A stretch of DNA of 64,000 nucleotides from Alphaproteobacteria bacterium (GCA_965243135.1 OZ251539.1:1056001-1120000), one strand, 5' to 3'; counted from the stretch's first letter, positions 20,006 to 30,110 are shown. The notes: generated from the letters alone by a model not told the origin. Translations and numbers: made by a program.

Positions 20006-21483
20006 CGCATCCCCATCAGGGTCGCCGCCGCCCGTCCGGCCATCCCGACCGGCAGCGAGGTCTCGATGCCGAACCAGTAATTCGCGGCGACCAGAACCCA
20101 TGCCGGCACGAGCAGGCCGAGCGGCGCCTCGCCCGTCTCCGGAGCGCCGGCCGGCGCCGGCCGGAAATACGCGGCCTCGACGATTCGCCAGACGTATATC
20201 ACGGCGATGAGCGAACTCGCGACGATCAGGGCCGCGACCGGCCACCACCCCTTTTCGACGGCGGCGAGGACGAGATGCCACTTGCTGACGAAGCCGGCCG
20301 TCAACGGCACGCCGATCAGGCTGAGTCCGCCCGCGGCGAGGGCCGCCGCCGTCCACGGCATGCGCGCGCCGAGGCCGGCGATGGAATCGAAGCTGCAGGC
20401 GTCCGTCCGGCGGATCACGGCGCCGAGAACGAGGAACAGGGCGCCCTTCATCAGCGCATGGTTGAAAAGATGCAGAAGGCCGGCCTGCACGCCGAGCGCC
20501 GTTACGAAGCTGACCCCGAGGACGATGTATCCGACCTGGGCGACCGACGAATAGGCCAGCATCCGCTTAACGTCCGTCTGGAAGCAGGCGACGATGGAGG
20601 CGACGAACATGGCCGCGACCGAAAGCGCGGTGAGCGCGAGGGCCGCCGGAACGACCTCGAAGGAGAACTCGACGCCGAAGATCGTGAACAGGAAACGGAC
20701 GAGGACGTAGATCGAAACCTTGGTCGCCGTCGCCGCGAGGAACGCGGAAACGGCGTCCGGCGCGTAGGCGTAGGCGTTGGGCAGCCACTGGTGAAGCGGA
20801 AAGAGGGCGATCTTGAGCGCCGCGCCGACCACGAGAAACCCGAATGCCGCCATGATCGTCCGGTTGTGGCCGGCGCCCGGCAGCCGTTCCGCGATGTCCG
20901 CCATGTTCAGCGATCCCGTGGCCTGGTAGAGAAGCCCGATGGCGATGACGATGAACGTCGCGCCGATGGTTCCCATGATGAGATACTGATAGGAGGCCGT
21001 GAGCGCCCTCCGGTCGGAGCCGAGCGCGATAAGGACGTAGGAGGACAGCGAGGAGATCTCGAGAAACACGAAAAGGTTGAACGCGTCGCCGGTGATCACC
21101 ACCCCCATCAGTCCCGTGAGGCACAGCAGGTAGGTCGTGTAGAACAGGTCTTCGCGGATTTGCCGCGTCGAAATCGAGCGGCGCGCGTACGGCGCGACGA
21201 CGGCGCCGATCCCGGAGACGACGAGCAGCACCAAGGCGTTCAGCGCGTCGACCCGGTACTCGATGCCGATCGGCGGCGGCCAGCCGCCGAGCTCGTAGGA
21301 AATCACCCCCTCCGACATCGCGCGCGAAGCGAGCATGCAGGCGCAGGCGAACGAAAACCAGCTGGCGGCGAGGGCGATCGCGAAGGCGGTCTCCCGGCCG
21401 CGCAGCACCACGCAGAGCGGCGCGCAGATCAAGGGCGCGACGATGACGAGGGCGGGAAGGTGCTCGAAAAGGAAATCCATCAA
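20002..21483 (-). CDS. mrpD: Monovalent cation/H+ antiporter subunit D
   Basis: LFPLHQWLPNAY, DVKRMLAYSSVAQVGY, NHALMKG. Confidence 0.9.
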   Translation of the reverse strand: MMDFLFEHLPALVIVAPLICAPLCVVLRGRETAFAIALAASWFSFACACMLASRAMSEGVISYELGGWPPPIGIEYRVDALNALVLLVVSGIGAVVAPYARRSISTRQIREDLFYTTYLLCLTGLMGVVITGDAFNLFVFLEISSLSSYVLIALGSDRRALTASYQYLIMGTIGATFIVIAIGLLYQATGSLNMADIAERLPGAGHNRTIMAAFGFLVVGAALKIALFPLHQWLPNAYAYAPDAVSAFLAATATKVSIYVLVRFLFTIFGVEFSFEVVPAALALTALSVAAMFVASIVACFQTDVKRMLAYSSVAQVGYIVLGVSFVTALGVQAGLLHLFNHALMKGALFLVLGAVIRRTDACSFDSIAGLGARMPWTAAALAAGGLSLIGVPLTAGFVSKWHLVLAAVEKGWWPVAALIVASSLIAVIYVWRIVEAAYFRPAPAGAPETGEAPLGLLVPAWVLVAANYWFGIETSLPVGMAGRAAATLMGMR

Positions 21484-21836
21484 AGGCTCTCGTCCTGTTG
21501 ATGGATGTCCTCCTCCTCGATCGTGCCGTATTCCTTGCGTATGCGAACGACCAGCGCGAGTCCGAGCGCCGTGGTCGCGACGCCCACGACGATCGCGGTG
21601 AGTATCAGAACGTGGGGAAGGGGGTTGGAGTAGACGGAAAAGCCCTCGTCGAGGATCGGGGCGGTGCCGCCGAAAACCTTTCCGAACGAGATGTACAGCA
21701 CGAACACCGACGCCTGAAAGACGTTCAGCCCGACGAGCTTCTTGATGAGGTTGCCCCGCGCGATGACGATGTACAGGCCCGCCATCGCGAGGAAGATCAC
21801 GATCCAGTAGTTGTAGAGGCCGCCCAGTTCCGTCAT
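21480..21836 (-). CDS. mrpC: Cation/H+ antiporter subunit C
   Basis: NLIKKLVGL, NPLPHVLILTAIVV. Confidence 0.9.
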   Translation of the reverse strand: MTELGGLYNYWIVIFLAMAGLYIVIARGNLIKKLVGLNVFQASVFVLYISFGKVFGGTAPILDEGFSVYSNPLPHVLILTAIVVGVATTALGLALVVRIRKEYGTIEEEDIHQQDESL

Positions 21837-21837
21837 G

Positions 21838-22257
21838 TCAGTCTTGGCGCCAGCGGGCGAAGGTGAAGAAGACGGTCGTCATCACCGACGCGACCGTGAT
21901 GCCGACGCCGAGTTCGATGAGGAGGATGCCGAGGTGCTGGCCTTCCTTCGCGTCGTCGGCGAGCGGGCTGTAGTCCAGGTAGTTCTCCCCGAGCGCAAGC
22001 CCCGCGACGCCCACGCCCGCGTAGAGAAGGACGCCGCCGGCGATCCCGGCGCGCAGAATGCCGACCGGCAGGATGCGCTCGGCCGCCCTGATTCCGTAAA
22101 CCAGCGCGTAGAGGACGAAGCTCGCGGCGAATATGACGCCCGCCTGGAACCCGCCTCCCGGACCGAAGTCGCCGTGGAACTGCACGTAGAGCGCGAACAG
22201 CAGAATGAACGGGAGCAGCAGCTTGGTGACGACGCGGACAACCAGATATTCTCTCAT
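21838..22257 (-). CDS. mrpB: Na+/H+ antiporter subunit B
   Basis: HGDFGPGGGFQAG. Confidence 0.9.
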   Translation of the reverse strand: MREYLVVRVVTKLLLPFILLFALYVQFHGDFGPGGGFQAGVIFAASFVLYALVYGIRAAERILPVGILRAGIAGGVLLYAGVGVAGLALGENYLDYSPLADDAKEGQHLGILLIELGVGITVASVMTTVFFTFARWRQD

Positions 22258-22811
22258 TCGTCCTTCCTGCGCCGTTGCAGAGGGGCGCGGCGCCAGCTGC
22301 CCAGAAGCAGGATCACGCCGATGCCCGCGGTGAATATGACGGTCACTTCGCCGAGCGTGTCGTAGCCGCGGTAGCTCGCCAGCACGGCGGTCACCACGTT
22401 CGGGACGCCGGTCTCCTTTTCGCCCTTTTCGAGATAGTGCGGCGCCACGTGCACGTGCGCCGGGGCCGAGCCGTCGCCGAATCTCTCCATGTCGAGCGTG
22501 CCGTATATCAGGACGGCGCCGGTCACCACCACGACGAACAGCGGCAGGAACGGCTTGTGCGTCGGCGCCTTCTCGGTGCGGGTCGTGAGGGCGAGCGTGC
22601 CGATGAACAGCACCGTCGAAATCCCGGCGCCCACCGCCGCCTCGGTGAAGGCGACGTCGACCGCGTCCAGAACGACGAACACCGCCGCCGCGAGCAGGCT
22701 GTAGATGCCGCTCAGCATGACCACCGCGAGCAGGTTCCGGAGCGCGACGATCCCGGCGACGGTGGCCGCCATGAACGCCAGGATGATGAAGTCGGCGGCC
22801 TGGTCCGTCAC
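22254..22811 (-). CDS. DUF4040/MnhB-related subunit (split MrpA C-terminus/B')
   Basis: AVDVAFTEAAVGAG, NVVTAVLASYRGYDTLGE; GTG start at 22811. Confidence 0.88.
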   Translation of the reverse strand: MTDQAADFIILAFMAATVAGIVALRNLLAVVMLSGIYSLLAAAVFVVLDAVDVAFTEAAVGAGISTVLFIGTLALTTRTEKAPTHKPFLPLFVVVVTGAVLIYGTLDMERFGDGSAPAHVHVAPHYLEKGEKETGVPNVVTAVLASYRGYDTLGEVTVIFTAGIGVILLLGSWRRAPLQRRRKDE

Positions 22812-23155
22812 GACTCGCCTCCGTCGCCTTCCGGCTGTTCGACCGGAGGGTCGCCGTCCAGGAGGGGCTTCAGGCCGCACGCCCAGGCGGTGTGGTTGAG
22901 CGCGTAGGAGGACGTCGGGCTGGTGAAGAGGAGGAACAGCAGGATCAGCAGCAGCTTGACCGATATCAGGTTCGGACCCGCCTGGAACATCAGCCCGACG
23001 AGGATCAGCATGGCGCCGAGCGTGTCCGTGATGCCGGCCGCGTGGCTTCTCGTGTAGACGTCCGGCATGCGGAGAACGCCGATCCCGCCGACCAGGACGA
23101 AGAACGACCCGCCGAGCAGAAAGGCCCAGGAGAGCGCCTCCACGGCGGCGCTCAT
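22808..23155 (-). CDS. mrpG: Cation/H+ antiporter subunit G
   Basis: RMPDVYTRSHAAGITDTLG. Confidence 0.9.
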   Translation of the reverse strand: MSAAVEALSWAFLLGGSFFVLVGGIGVLRMPDVYTRSHAAGITDTLGAMLILVGLMFQAGPNLISVKLLLILLFLLFTSPTSSYALNHTAWACGLKPLLDGDPPVEQPEGDGGES

Positions 23156-23451
23156 CGGTCGCCCGCCTTTTCCGTTTCGCGTTCTTCGCCCGGCCCGATC
23201 GCGAGGTCGCCGTACTTGAAGTACTTGAGCAGCGCGATGACGCCGACGAAGTTGATCAGCGCGTAGACCAGCGCGATGTCCAGGAAATCCGGGCGTCCCA
23301 TCAGAAAGCCCAGAACCGCGATGATCAGCACCGTCTTGGTGCCGAACATGTTGACGGCGAGAATGCGGTCGAAAAGCGTCGGCCCGGCGAAGGCGCGCGC
23401 GAGCGCCATCGCCATGGTGACCATTATGGCGAGAGCCGCGACGGTGAACAT
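23152..23451 (-). CDS. mrpF: Cation/H+ antiporter subunit F
   Basis: GPTLFDRILAVN, LDIALVYALINF. Confidence 0.9.
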   Translation of the reverse strand: MFTVAALAIMVTMAMALARAFAGPTLFDRILAVNMFGTKTVLIIAVLGFLMGRPDFLDIALVYALINFVGVIALLKYFKYGDLAIGPGEERETEKAGDR

Positions 23452-23936
23452 CAGCGCTGCGGTCCGCCTTCCATTGCCGATACGCGGCGGTCCATCTCGC
23501 CGTCCTCGAGGCTTGCCGCGCCTTCGCGGGAGATCGAATGCACGAGGATGTGGCCGTCGTCCGCGACGTCCACGGAGATCGTGCCCGGGGTCAGCGTGAT
23601 CGAATTCGCGAATACGACCCGGCCGAGTTCGGACTTCTGGGTGGCCCTGACGCGCGTCATCGTCGGGCTGATGCCCGCCGACGGAAGCAGGACGCGGCGC
23701 GTCACGTCGAGATTGGCCTTGACGATCTCCCACAGCAGCCACGGCCAGTAGAGAAGGATGCCCAGGGTCAGGTGCAGGGGAACCGCTTCGCGATCGACGA
23801 CGTCCATGCGCATGACGATCGCCACGACGAATACGCACGACGCGATCCCGAGGACCAGGACGAGCGGAATCATTATCCCGGACATGAGCAGCCAGGTGAC
23901 GAAGAGGATCAGACCCAGCGATACCGCGTGAACCAC
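23451..23936 (-). CDS. mrpE: Na+/H+ antiporter subunit E
   Basis: IVKANLDV, FANSITLTPGT. Confidence 0.9.
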   Translation of the reverse strand: MVHAVSLGLILFVTWLLMSGIMIPLVLVLGIASCVFVVAIVMRMDVVDREAVPLHLTLGILLYWPWLLWEIVKANLDVTRRVLLPSAGISPTMTRVRATQKSELGRVVFANSITLTPGTISVDVADDGHILVHSISREGAASLEDGEMDRRVSAMEGGPQR

Positions 23937-24167
23937 GATGCGATCATCCGTTCGTTGAGGGGCGGAAGGTCCGCCCGCGGAAAGAGCGCGCCAAGCCTAT
24001 TCGCCTCCGGCGGTTTTTTCAAACGGCTGCCGCGGGCGTCGAAGCGCGGCGGTTCGCGCCGCTTTCCCGCCGTTCGCGCGGGCGGATCCGGGGCGCATGA
24101 AATTTTTTCCACCGGCCGTCGTTCGTGCTAATATGCATCCGTTGGATAACTGTTGGGTGAGGAAAAG

Positions 24168-24689
24168 TTGACCGATTCATTTTCGAGGCCCCAGCCGGGC
24201 GGAACGTCGTACATGCGGGGCACGGTCAAGTGGTTCAACGCCGTTCGCGGTTACGGCTTCGTGGCGCCCGACGACGGTTCCGCCGACGTCTTTCTGCACA
24301 TGACCGTATTGCGGAACGCGGGTTACGAGCAGCTTCCGCCGGGCGCGACGGTCGAGTGCACGATCGCCAGAGGCGACAAGGGCATGCAGTGCATGTCGAT
24401 CGAAAGCGTCGACACGTCGACGGCCACCGAGAGGCAGCCGGGCCCGCCGGCGCCGCGGGCCGGCGATCCGGGCGAATTCGTCAGGGCGACGGTCAAGTGG
24501 TTCAATCCGAACAAGGGTTACGGTTTCGTCTGCCCGGAGCACATGACCGACGACGTGTTCATTCACATGGTCACCTTGCGCCGCGCGGGGCTCAACAGCC
24601 TGGTCGAAGGGCAAGTCGTCGAGGTCGCCCTGGCCGACGGACCGCGGGGATTGCAGGCCGCCGCCGTGAAGGCGACCGAACCGATTTGA
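24168..24689 (+). CDS. Tandem two-domain cold-shock protein
   Basis: Two CSDs (VKWFN..GYGFV..DVFLH; VKWFN..KGYGFV..DVFIH); TTG start after GAGG (alternative ATG 24213). Confidence 0.9.
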   Translation: MTDSFSRPQPGGTSYMRGTVKWFNAVRGYGFVAPDDGSADVFLHMTVLRNAGYEQLPPGATVECTIARGDKGMQCMSIESVDTSTATERQPGPPAPRAGDPGEFVRATVKWFNPNKGYGFVCPEHMTDDVFIHMVTLRRAGLNSLVEGQVVEVALADGPRGLQAAAVKATEPI

Positions 24690-24719
24690 CCGGGGACGCG
24701 GCCCGTCCGCGGCCCGGGA

Positions 24720-25655
24720 CTACGGGAGTTCGACGGCGTACCGCGCGAGCGGCGGGGGTTCGCCGATCAGCCCCTGCGACTCCAGAAAGCGGCCGAAGGC
24801 GGCGTAGCGGGCCCTGTCGAGAGCGCTTGGACGAAGCGCGAAGCGCGGCAGCGTATCCCGCCAGGCGCGCTTGTTGAGCTCGTCGTCGAGATCGCCGCGG
24901 CCCTTGATGAAGAGCTCCCAACTCTCCCGCGGGCGGTTGACCAGATACTGGACGCCCTTTTCCATCGCCGACACCAGGCCCTTCAGCGCGGGCCGCGAAA
25001 GGTCCTTGCGGTTGGCGACGACGATCAGCTCGTCGTAGGGGGGCACGCCCTCCTCCTCGACGTAGAACGCCCGCCCGGGCCGTCCGAGGATGTCGAGCTG
25101 GTTCAACTCGAAATTGCGGTAGGCGCCGATCACCGCGTCGACCTTCTTCGACACCAGCGCCGGAGAAAGCGAAAAGTTGACGTTCACGAGCCTTATGTCG
25201 GCGAGCGACATGCCGTGCCTTCCGAGCATCGCCCGCAGGAGCGCGTCCTCGAAGCCGCCGACGGAGAAGCCGACGGTCTTGCCCTTGAGGTCCGCGATGG
25301 ACCGGATCGGCCCCTCCGCCAGGACGACGAGGGAATTGAGCGGCGTGGCGACGAGGGTGGCGATCCGCGCGAGGGGGAGGCCGGCGTCCACCTGGATGTG
25401 CAGCTGCGGCTGGTAGGAGATCGCGGCGTCGGCCTTTCCGGCGGCGACGAGTTTCGGCGGGTCGTTCGGGTCGGCGGGCGCCTTGAAATCGACCTCGATC
25501 CCCGCGTCGCGGAAATATCCGCGCTCCAGGGCGACGTAGAGCGGTCCATGATCCGGATTGACGAACCAGTCCAGCAGCACGGTCAGTTTTTCGCCCGAAG
25601 CGGGCGTCGCCAGAGCCAGGAACAGCGGCAGGGCGAGCAAAGCGCGGAATGTCAT
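24720..25655 (-). CDS. thiY: Hydroxymethylpyrimidine ABC transporter substrate-binding protein (NMT1/THI5-like)
   Basis: LDWFVNPDH, ISYQP, GAYRNFE; under TPP riboswitch. Confidence 0.88.
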   Translation of the reverse strand: MTFRALLALPLFLALATPASGEKLTVLLDWFVNPDHGPLYVALERGYFRDAGIEVDFKAPADPNDPPKLVAAGKADAAISYQPQLHIQVDAGLPLARIATLVATPLNSLVVLAEGPIRSIADLKGKTVGFSVGGFEDALLRAMLGRHGMSLADIRLVNVNFSLSPALVSKKVDAVIGAYRNFELNQLDILGRPGRAFYVEEEGVPPYDELIVVANRKDLSRPALKGLVSAMEKGVQYLVNRPRESWELFIKGRGDLDDELNKRAWRDTLPRFALRPSALDRARYAAFGRFLESQGLIGEPPPLARYAVELP

Positions 25656-26410
25656 TGGATTTCCTCCTCCATGTGGCGCAGCCAGGGCGTCATGCGCCTG
25701 GCGATCGAGTCGACGGCGAAATAAAACGCGCAGGCGATGACGGCGAGAACGAAAAGCGCCGCGAACATGACGTCGACCTGCACGCGCGCGTTCGCGTGCA
25801 GCATCAGGTAGCCGAGCCCCGCGCTCGAGCCGACCCATTCTCCGACCACCGCGCCGATCGGCGCGGCGGCGGCGGCGACCCGCAGCCCGGAAGCCAGCGC
25901 CGGCAAGGCGGCCGGCGCCCGGACGTGACGCAACTCCGCCCAACGCGAGCCGTTCATGACCCGCGCCAGATCGATCCAGCCGGTTTCGACTCGCCGCAGT
26001 CCGTCGTAGAACGCGGCGGTCACCGGGAAGTAGATGATCAGGACCGCCATCGCGACTTTGGATTCGATCCCGTATCCCAGCCAAAGCGTCAATATGGGCG
26101 CGAGCGCGAACACCGGAACCGCCTGGCTGACCACCAGGACCGGCAGCAGCCATCGGCGCGCGGGACGGAAGTAGCTCATCGTCAGCGCGCTGGACGCCCC
26201 GAAGGCGGCGCCTATGGCGAACCCGCAAAGGATTTCCGTAATCGTGGTGACGGCGTTGGCCGCGATCGTCCCGGCTCTGGCGTTCAGCGCCGCCAGGACT
26301 TCCATCGGACCCGGCAAGATATAGGGGGGCGTTTCGCCGATCCAGACGACCGCCTGCCACAACGCCAGCAGGCCGGCGAACACCGCGACCGGGCGCAGGA
26401 CGCGCGTCAC
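25652..26410 (-). CDS. thiX: HMP ABC transporter permease
   Basis: SQAVPVFALAP, IGAVVGEWVG. Confidence 0.85.
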   Translation of the reverse strand: MTRVLRPVAVFAGLLALWQAVVWIGETPPYILPGPMEVLAALNARAGTIAANAVTTITEILCGFAIGAAFGASSALTMSYFRPARRWLLPVLVVSQAVPVFALAPILTLWLGYGIESKVAMAVLIIYFPVTAAFYDGLRRVETGWIDLARVMNGSRWAELRHVRAPAALPALASGLRVAAAAAPIGAVVGEWVGSSAGLGYLMLHANARVQVDVMFAALFVLAVIACAFYFAVDSIARRMTPWLRHMEEEIQ

Positions 26411-27156
26411 GGCGCGCCGGTCCCGGACAGAAGGTTCAGGAGTTCCGCGTGCCGCGCCACGATCTCCGGATCGCCGACCGGTCTCGGGGTGTCGCCCGCC
26501 GGCAGAATGGGCGCTTCGATCCTCGCCGGGCGATCCGTCATCACGTGAATCCGGTGTCCGAGCCGCAGCGCTTCGAGCGGATCGTGGGTGACCAGCAGAA
26601 CGGTGCGCCGTTCCAGCAATTCCGCGGCGATTTCCTGCAGTTCCAGCCGCGTGATGGCGTCGAGCGCGGAAAAGGGCTCGTCCATCAGGACCACGGGCCG
26701 ATCCTCGACGAGAGTGCGCACCACGGCGGCGCGCTGGCGCATGCCGCCCGAGCAGGCGTCCGGACGCCGTTCCGCATAGCTTCCCAGCCCAACGCGTTCG
26801 AGCAGCGACCGCGCGCGGCGGACGTCCTCGTCGGTGCGCCGGCCGCGCAATCGCTTTCCCAGCGTCGCGTTTCCTGTCAGGGAAAGCCAAGGCAGCAGCA
26901 GGTCCTGCTGCGCCATGTAAGCGATGCGGCCGTCGGCGGGCAGTCCGTCGCTGCAGCTGACGGATCCGGAAGCGCCGCTTTCGAGTCCGGCGATCAGGCG
27001 GAGAAGCGTGGTCTTGCCGACGCCGCTCGGTCCGAGGAGGCAGGTCCAGCCTCCCGCCGGCAGATGGAGCGACAGCCCTTCGAACAGCGGCGCGCCGCCG
27101 TAGTCGAGGCGCGCGCCTGAAACGTCTATCGCGGGTGCGAGGGTTGCCGTCATCAC
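26407..27156 (-). CDS. thiZ: HMP ABC transporter ATP-binding protein
   Basis: GPSGVGKTT, CSGGMRQR, LMDEPFSALD. Confidence 0.88.
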   Translation of the reverse strand: MMTATLAPAIDVSGARLDYGGAPLFEGLSLHLPAGGWTCLLGPSGVGKTTLLRLIAGLESGASGSVSCSDGLPADGRIAYMAQQDLLLPWLSLTGNATLGKRLRGRRTDEDVRRARSLLERVGLGSYAERRPDACSGGMRQRAAVVRTLVEDRPVVLMDEPFSALDAITRLELQEIAAELLERRTVLLVTHDPLEALRLGHRIHVMTDRPARIEAPILPAGDTPRPVGDPEIVARHAELLNLLSGTGAP

Positions 27157-27245
27157 TGATCCCTTCGCCGGAATTATCCGGATCAGGTTCCAGGGGTCGT
27201 CCTTGCGGAACCTCTCAGCCGAACGAATCGGCTCCCCCCAGTGCT
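27155..27245 (-). ncRNA. TPP riboswitch (likely translational; SD-like AAGGGA in P1 3' strand)
   Basis: Minus strand GGGGGGAGC...GGCTGAGAGG...ACCCCTGGAACCTGATCCGGATAATTCCGGCGAAGGGA directly before the thiZ start. Confidence 0.93.
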
Positions 27246-27252
27246 CGATCTA

Positions 27253-27281
27253 ATGATAAGGAAGATTCGAAGACGGCGCAA
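27253..27281 (-). promoter_or_regulatory. Putative sigma70 promoter for thi operon
   Basis: TTGCGC-17 nt-TATCAT just upstream of riboswitch. Confidence 0.55.
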
Positions 27282-28134
27282 ACGCCGGCCGAGCCGGTGT
27301 CAGCAACGGATGATATGTCCGGTCCATGCACCCTCTTGGAACGCTTCCGAACCGAAGGAGGCGGCGGCGGACGGAACAACGACAAGGACTGAGGAAGGAG
27401 GCGTCGCACCGGGGGTGCTGAGCCAGGGCGAGGCGGCGGAGGGCGTTTCGGAGCGCACCTTCCGGCGCTGGCGCGACGAGGCGAAGGGCGCGGGAGGGTT
27501 GCACGACCGTCGCCTGGGCCGGGTCTCGGCGCGCCGGGCCGGCGCGGACGAGGTGGCGCAGGTTCCAGAGTTGTTCGACACCCGGTACCGGGATTTCAAC
27601 GCCAGGCACTTTCGCGAGAAGCTGGTCGCATGCCATGGCGTCCAGCGCAGCTACGTCCGGCTGACCTTGCAGGCCCATGGCCGCACGCGAGCCGCGCCGC
27701 CCGCGGCGCGCGCTGCACCAGGACGGCTTGCGCCACGAGTGGGCGCCCGGTCGGCAGTGGGCGTCACCATGGACGACGCCACTAGCGAGCCGGCCTTCTT
27801 CGTCGCCGAGGAAGGCACCCTTTCCAGGCGCTTCGCGAGGTGGTCGGCGAACGCGGGCTGTTCCGCTCGCTCTATAGCCACTACTTCCACACGCCCGAGG
27901 CCGGCGGCAAGGTCGACAAGGACAACCTGACCCAGGTCGGGCGCGCCCTTCGCCAGCTCGGCATCGAGCACGTCGCCGCCTACTCGCCCGAGGCCGGGGG
28001 CGCTCGGAGGTTCGGCGCCCTGCAGAAGCGCTTGCTCCAGGAACTCAGGCTCGCCTCCGACATGGCCGAAGCCAACCGCTTCCTCAAGGAGGTCTACGAC
28101 GATTGAGAGCCGACCTGTGCGTGCTTTCGCGCCG

Positions 28135-28350
28135 TCACGCGGCTTCCACCTCCACATGCGCTATGTCGCATTGCGGTGGCGGCACCGGCAATCCTTCTGC
28201 CCGCAGCCCTTCGACGTGAAATACAACCGCTTCCTCCAGCAGGCGCAACGTCTGCTCCCGATCTTCGCCAACCGCGATGCAGCCGGGCAAGTCGGGAACA
28301 AACGCCCCGTAGCTTGACTCGCCCTTTTCCACAATCACCGTATATTTCAT
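28135..28350 (-). CDS. hicB: Type II TA antitoxin HicB family
   Basis: MKYTVIVEKGESSYGAFVPDLPGCIAVG. Confidence 0.88.
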   Translation of the reverse strand: MKYTVIVEKGESSYGAFVPDLPGCIAVGEDREQTLRLLEEAVVFHVEGLRAEGLPVPPPQCDIAHVEVEAA

Positions 28351-28539
28351 GGGGTTCTCTCCGGCTGTTTCAGACCCGCCTGCTTGAGCACACTGTTCAA
28401 AGTGCCCAGCGGCACTGCCTGCCTTGCCCGACACTGTGACCGTTCCCGGCTTGACGGGATGCGTGAACTGCCGGTGGCTGCCTCGCGTTCTCACTTGCAT
28501 CCAGCCATCATGTTCGATCATTAACTCGCGAACCTTCAT
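28350..28539 (-). pseudogene. hicA: HicA toxin, frameshifted (reads into hicB)
   Basis: MKVRE..DGWMQVRTRGSHRQFTHPVKPGTVTV; canonical tail GTLNSVLKQAGLK lies in another frame. Confidence 0.8.
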
Positions 28540-28887
28540 CACCCATGCGCACAAACGCCGCCAGCCACCACTACGTCAAGGCCAGGGTCCGGGTCCACGA
28601 GTACCCCGACCACGCCCTTGCTGTCTTCCGCGGCCCCGGACGTCTCGCTCTCTACCGGGCCAACGGGTCTCCGACCGCAACCCGGAAGGCCGCGTGACCC
28701 GCTTCGACGCGCCGGAGGCGTGGACAGCCGCTTCGCGCCTGACCACTTCCCCACAGGCTCAACCACCACAACGGAAGCGGTCAATTAATTTGGTGCGTAC
28801 CAATTCAAAATGTTCTTGACAACGCCGACTGCGCTGGCCGCTCGCCGCGGTTGTTCGCGCCGCCGGGCGCCGGTTATATTCCGGGGC

Positions 28888-29334
28888 ATGAGACGGTATG
28901 TGGCCGTTCTTGCGGTTCTCGCGGGCCTTGGCGGCGGCGAGCCGGCGGCGGCGTTCGAATCGAGCGAGGCGAGCGTCCTGTCGGGCGGCAGGACGCACGA
29001 ATTCCGCGTCGAGGTCGCGCGGACCCGGCGCGAGCAGATCCAGGGCCTGATGTTCCGGCGCCGTCTGGACGCCGACGCGGGAATGCTGTTCGTTTATCGC
29101 CGCGCCGCGCGGGTTCTGATGTGGATGAAGAACACTTACGTCCCGCTGGATATGCTGTTCATCGATCGGACCGGCGCGATCGTGGAGATCGCGCAGCGGA
29201 CGGTGCCGCTGTCGACGGCGACCATATCGTCGAAAAAGCCGGTCACGGCCGTTCTGGAGGTCAACGCCGGCACGGTCGCGCGGCTCGGCATCGAAATCGG
29301 GGACCGCGTCGTCTCGCCTGCGCTGCCTCCCTAA
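28888..29334 (+). CDS. DUF192 domain protein
   Basis: Signal peptide, QGLMFR, GMLF, WMKNTYVPLDMLFI, VLEVNAG. Confidence 0.9.
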   Translation: MRRYVAVLAVLAGLGGGEPAAAFESSEASVLSGGRTHEFRVEVARTRREQIQGLMFRRRLDADAGMLFVYRRAARVLMWMKNTYVPLDMLFIDRTGAIVEIAQRTVPLSTATISSKKPVTAVLEVNAGTVARLGIEIGDRVVSPALPP

Positions 29335-30110
29335 CGGGCCCAGGCGGGCCTGCGCTTTTCCAGAAACGCCGAAATCCCTTCCTGGGCCTCGTCCGACAGG
29401 CGCGCCTGCGCGTTCCAGGCGAGCCCGGCATCGAGCATCGACCGATCCGGGCCGCCAAGGGCGCGAATCAGCTCGCCGGTCTTGGCGATCGCGTCCGGCG
29501 AGGATTGCAGGCCGAGTTCGACATGCGCCTTCGTCCGCGCGTCGAGCTCGGCGTCGCCGTCCGTGATCTCGTGCGCAAGCCCCGCCGCGAGGGCGGCCTC
29601 GCCGTCGAAGGCGACCGCGGACGCGGCCAGATACCGGAACCGGTGCGTTCCGATTCGCGGGACCATGAACGCGGCGACGATTCCGGGGACGAGGCCGATC
29701 CTGATCTCCGAAAGGCAGAAACTCGCGTCGCGGCGCGCGATCACGACGTCGCAGCAGGCGAGAATGCCCATCGCGCCGGCGTAGGCCGCGCCGCGCACCT
29801 GCGCGACGACCAGCTTGGGGCAGGCGTCGATCGCCCGGTACATGTCGAGGAGGTTGCGCGAGTCCGCCTTCACCTCCGCCTCGGTCTGGCCGAGCACGTC
29901 GCGCATCCAGTTCAGGTCGCCGCCCGCGCAAAACGCGGCGCCCGCGCCGCGAAGAACGACGACGCGAACGGAAGGGTCGGCGGACAGTTCCTCGAAACCG
30001 GCGCGGACGTCGGCGATCATTTCCGGATTCAGCGCGTTGCGGACCTGAGGACGGTCGAGGGTCAGCGTCGCGACTGCGCCGTCGCGCGCGATCGAGATGG
30101 TGCCGGTCAT
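29331..30110 (-). CDS. Enoyl-CoA hydratase/isomerase family
   Basis: RNALN, FCAGGDL, LSEIRIGL, EGISAFLEKR. Confidence 0.9.
   Translation of the reverse strand: MTGTISIARDGAVATLTLDRPQVRNALNPEMIADVRAGFEELSADPSVRVVVLRGAGAAFCAGGDLNWMRDVLGQTEAEVKADSRNLLDMYRAIDACPKLVVAQVRGAAYAGAMGILACCDVVIARRDASFCLSEIRIGLVPGIVAAFMVPRIGTHRFRYLAASAVAFDGEAALAAGLAHEITDGDAELDARTKAHVELGLQSSPDAIAKTGELIRALGGPDRSMLDAGLAWNAQARLSDEAQEGISAFLEKRRPAWAR

Larger units (their letters stand above)
27298..28821 (+). mobile_element. Degraded ISNCY-like element interrupted by hicAB
   Basis: Fragments LSQGEAAE-GVSERTFRRW, DTRYRDFNARHFREKL, TMDDATSE, TQVGRALRQLGIEHVAAYSPEA; C-terminal HHYVKARVRVHEYPD at ~28566-28610; imperfect ends TGTCAGCAAC (27298) and GTTCTTGACA (28812). 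Confidence 0.78.
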
